Part shown: in pieces, positions 62,147-64,000 of the stretch | Layout: the number at the start of each line of letters is the position of its first letter | Numbering within the stretch: position 1 is the stretch's first letter | NCBI RefSeq assembly: GCF_006345805.1 | Contig: NC_043001.1 | Span: 25,234,001 to 25,298,000 of the forward strand | Source of the DNA: Octopus sinensis | Taxonomy: Eukaryota | DNA: 64,000 nt | Direction: 5' to 3' | Translations under genes and position numbers: made by a program | Notes under the pieces: model-generated | Told to the model about the DNA's origin: nothing | Seen by the model: only the letters and a program-made list of their open reading frames with translations | Databases searched by the model: none

Positions 62147-64000
62147 AATATACCTGATAGTTCTCATGAAGCAAGCCACTTGTAACTGACATTATTTGAT
62201 GAACAAATGAGCAATTATATTTGTTGAAGGCTGCTTGTTATCTGATATATTTGGAACATATCTTTATTGATCTTGATTAACCCTAGCTTTTTCTCTAATT
62301 CAACCTAAAACTTTCCCTGCCTTGAATTCAGTAGCATGACTTTCTCCTTCTCTCTCTTTGTCTCTCCCCCACCGCCACATCACTCTTGTCATATCCAATA
62401 TCTATCCTGTTAAAAGGGAATGTACAACATCATAAGGGAATTAATCTTCTTTCTCCCATTGCTTCTGTCATAGTGCACCAAAATCAAGTCAATAAAATAG
62501 CATCCGGTAAAATCATTTGATTCAGTTTCAGTAAATGATAGCAGTTTGTCTCTCTTTAATCTGAGGGAAGAGCAGGTAGCCGGAAAGAAATTTAACAGTG
62601 ACTTGTTGCTGATAGTTTTTTGAGGTTTTTTTTTTGTAACAATTTCTTAGTTCATTTGCAAAGCTGTTAATTGAGAGAAATGTTATATTGTATCACCTGT
62701 TGCCATAAGAACTTTGATGAGCCTTAAATTGATGAGCTTCTTTTTTTTTTAATTCTTGTCGCAGATACTTTTACTTAAATATAATAATAGGTATGTGAGA
62801 ATATTTGGATCCTTAAGATATTAGGGGTTTTTATAGTCTCTCCTATAGTTGCTTGCTGCAGGTTGAGTATACCTAAATATTGCTTTTTACTTTAGAATAA
62901 CATTTGTATATTGTAAAATATTTTAATTTTTTCAAACTTTTCATATGTATTTATACATAAAACTCTTAACTGATCTTCTTTTCATACTTTGAAGAATTCC
63001 GTGAAAACTACATATTAAAACTTAACTCCTACTCAAACTTATACACGGGTTTGATTAAATTTTAGAAAGTTATTAAAATGGTGCTCCAGCATGACCACAA
63101 CCACATGGTTGAATCACATAAAAGGAATAAAATGAAATATTTTTTTCATTTTTATAATTCCATGTAGTTGATTACTTTTTTGCCATTTTATCGTGTTTCT
63201 TAATCAAACAAAATTGGAGAATATTTTCACCAGAATCAGGCAGGCAAGAATACTCAATTTATTATTGTTAGTTTAGGACCAATGTACTCTGGTCTTGACG
63301 ACTTATCTCAAGAAGTTCTTAATAAATTCAACACTATGGCTAGCTGTATGATTATGTTTCTGATGTAGCTGCCACATAATATTCAAACTTTTTCAAAGGT
63401 ACATTATTTCTGTTGTTTTTGTATATAGAATATATTCATCAAAGAAACTTTGCACAGACTAAATTTAACTTCTAAAATATCTTTACCACCCACATTTGTA
63501 AAACACTGTAAATTTTATATTCTCTAGACCCTTTTATTAAAAGGAATTAATATTATTTATGCAAGATACTTTCACAAAGTTTATCAAAACATCTCAAACT
63601 TGGAATGAAATATGTATCATTTCATCTAAATAACCACCCATTTATTTACTAATCTAATCCTAAAATTTTATCATATTCTCCTTTTTTTATAACAATTTTT
63701 TTAGAATCACATTTTTTTCTCCCAACTCATTTTTGCAGAAACAAAATTTTCTTGTGACTCTCTTCCATAGTTTAAATTTTTCTGAATCAGCTATTTTTTT
63801 TTCTCTTATGACGCCTTAATTTGGAATGTATTTATCAGTTAGAACCATTATCATCTTGAAATATTTCTCAAATTTTTTTTATGCATTTGGCTATCTCATT
63901 AAATAAGAACTTCAGCTTTGATAACTATTTCATAAATAAATATATCATATTTTAGTTATTTGTGTGTTGCTATGCTGCTGCTGAGGGTGATGATTGTTGT

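Noticed and set aside
671-62185. Dozens of 60-200 aa ORFs in the six-frame track (e.g. 671..907, 4649..4840, 7393..7740, 22641..23174, 32895..33515, 57769..58284, 61718..61966)
   Set aside because: They are translations of SINE-A or family B repeats and microsatellites; the same pseudo-peptides (MWLVSKLLTTQPLL, LQLDALPNANHS) recur wherever the repeat recurs.
62160-62200. LVTD peptide (cttgtaactgac) resembling the next MINDY exon
   Set aside because: Followed by II and a stop, lacks QGF/VVWE, and has no suitable acceptor.

Overview
AT-rich, repeat-dense animal genomic DNA. The repeat families match my recollection of Octopus (coleoid cephalopod) repeats; no database search was run. The only host gene I can support is a MINDY-1/2 (FAM63)-family K48-linkage deubiquitinase on the + strand. 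It has four coding exons (40973-42057, 43742-43848, 45182-45372, 49124-49266) with GT-AG boundaries and matching phases, and it encodes the catalytic Gln/Cys (TQNENGPC) and His (RNNHFST). The remaining 3' exons were not found and probably lie beyond the window. Almost everything else is transposon-derived: three tRNA-headed SINE families, many (GAT)n-tailed RTE 3' ends, RTE, CR1-like and Tx1-like LINE fragments, two mariner relics, hAT- and piggyBac-type MITEs, a TIR element carrying TTAGGG repeats, Helitron-like elements, and Penelope-type terminal repeats with degenerate hammerhead ribozyme motifs. The most interesting patterns are (i) three short-repeat/LINE 3'-tail partnerships visible inside one window (SINE-A with CR1, SINE-C with Tx1/L1, and the (GAT)n family with a PHD-finger RTE), (ii) a fold-back Penelope repeat with two minimal hammerheads, and (iii) closely spaced inverted repeats in the MINDY intron that could form ADAR substrates. 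I found no evidence for a wholly new protein-coding system. Most short ORFs in the supplied track are shadows of repeats. Repeat boundaries are by eye and approximate unless a TSD or TIR is quoted.
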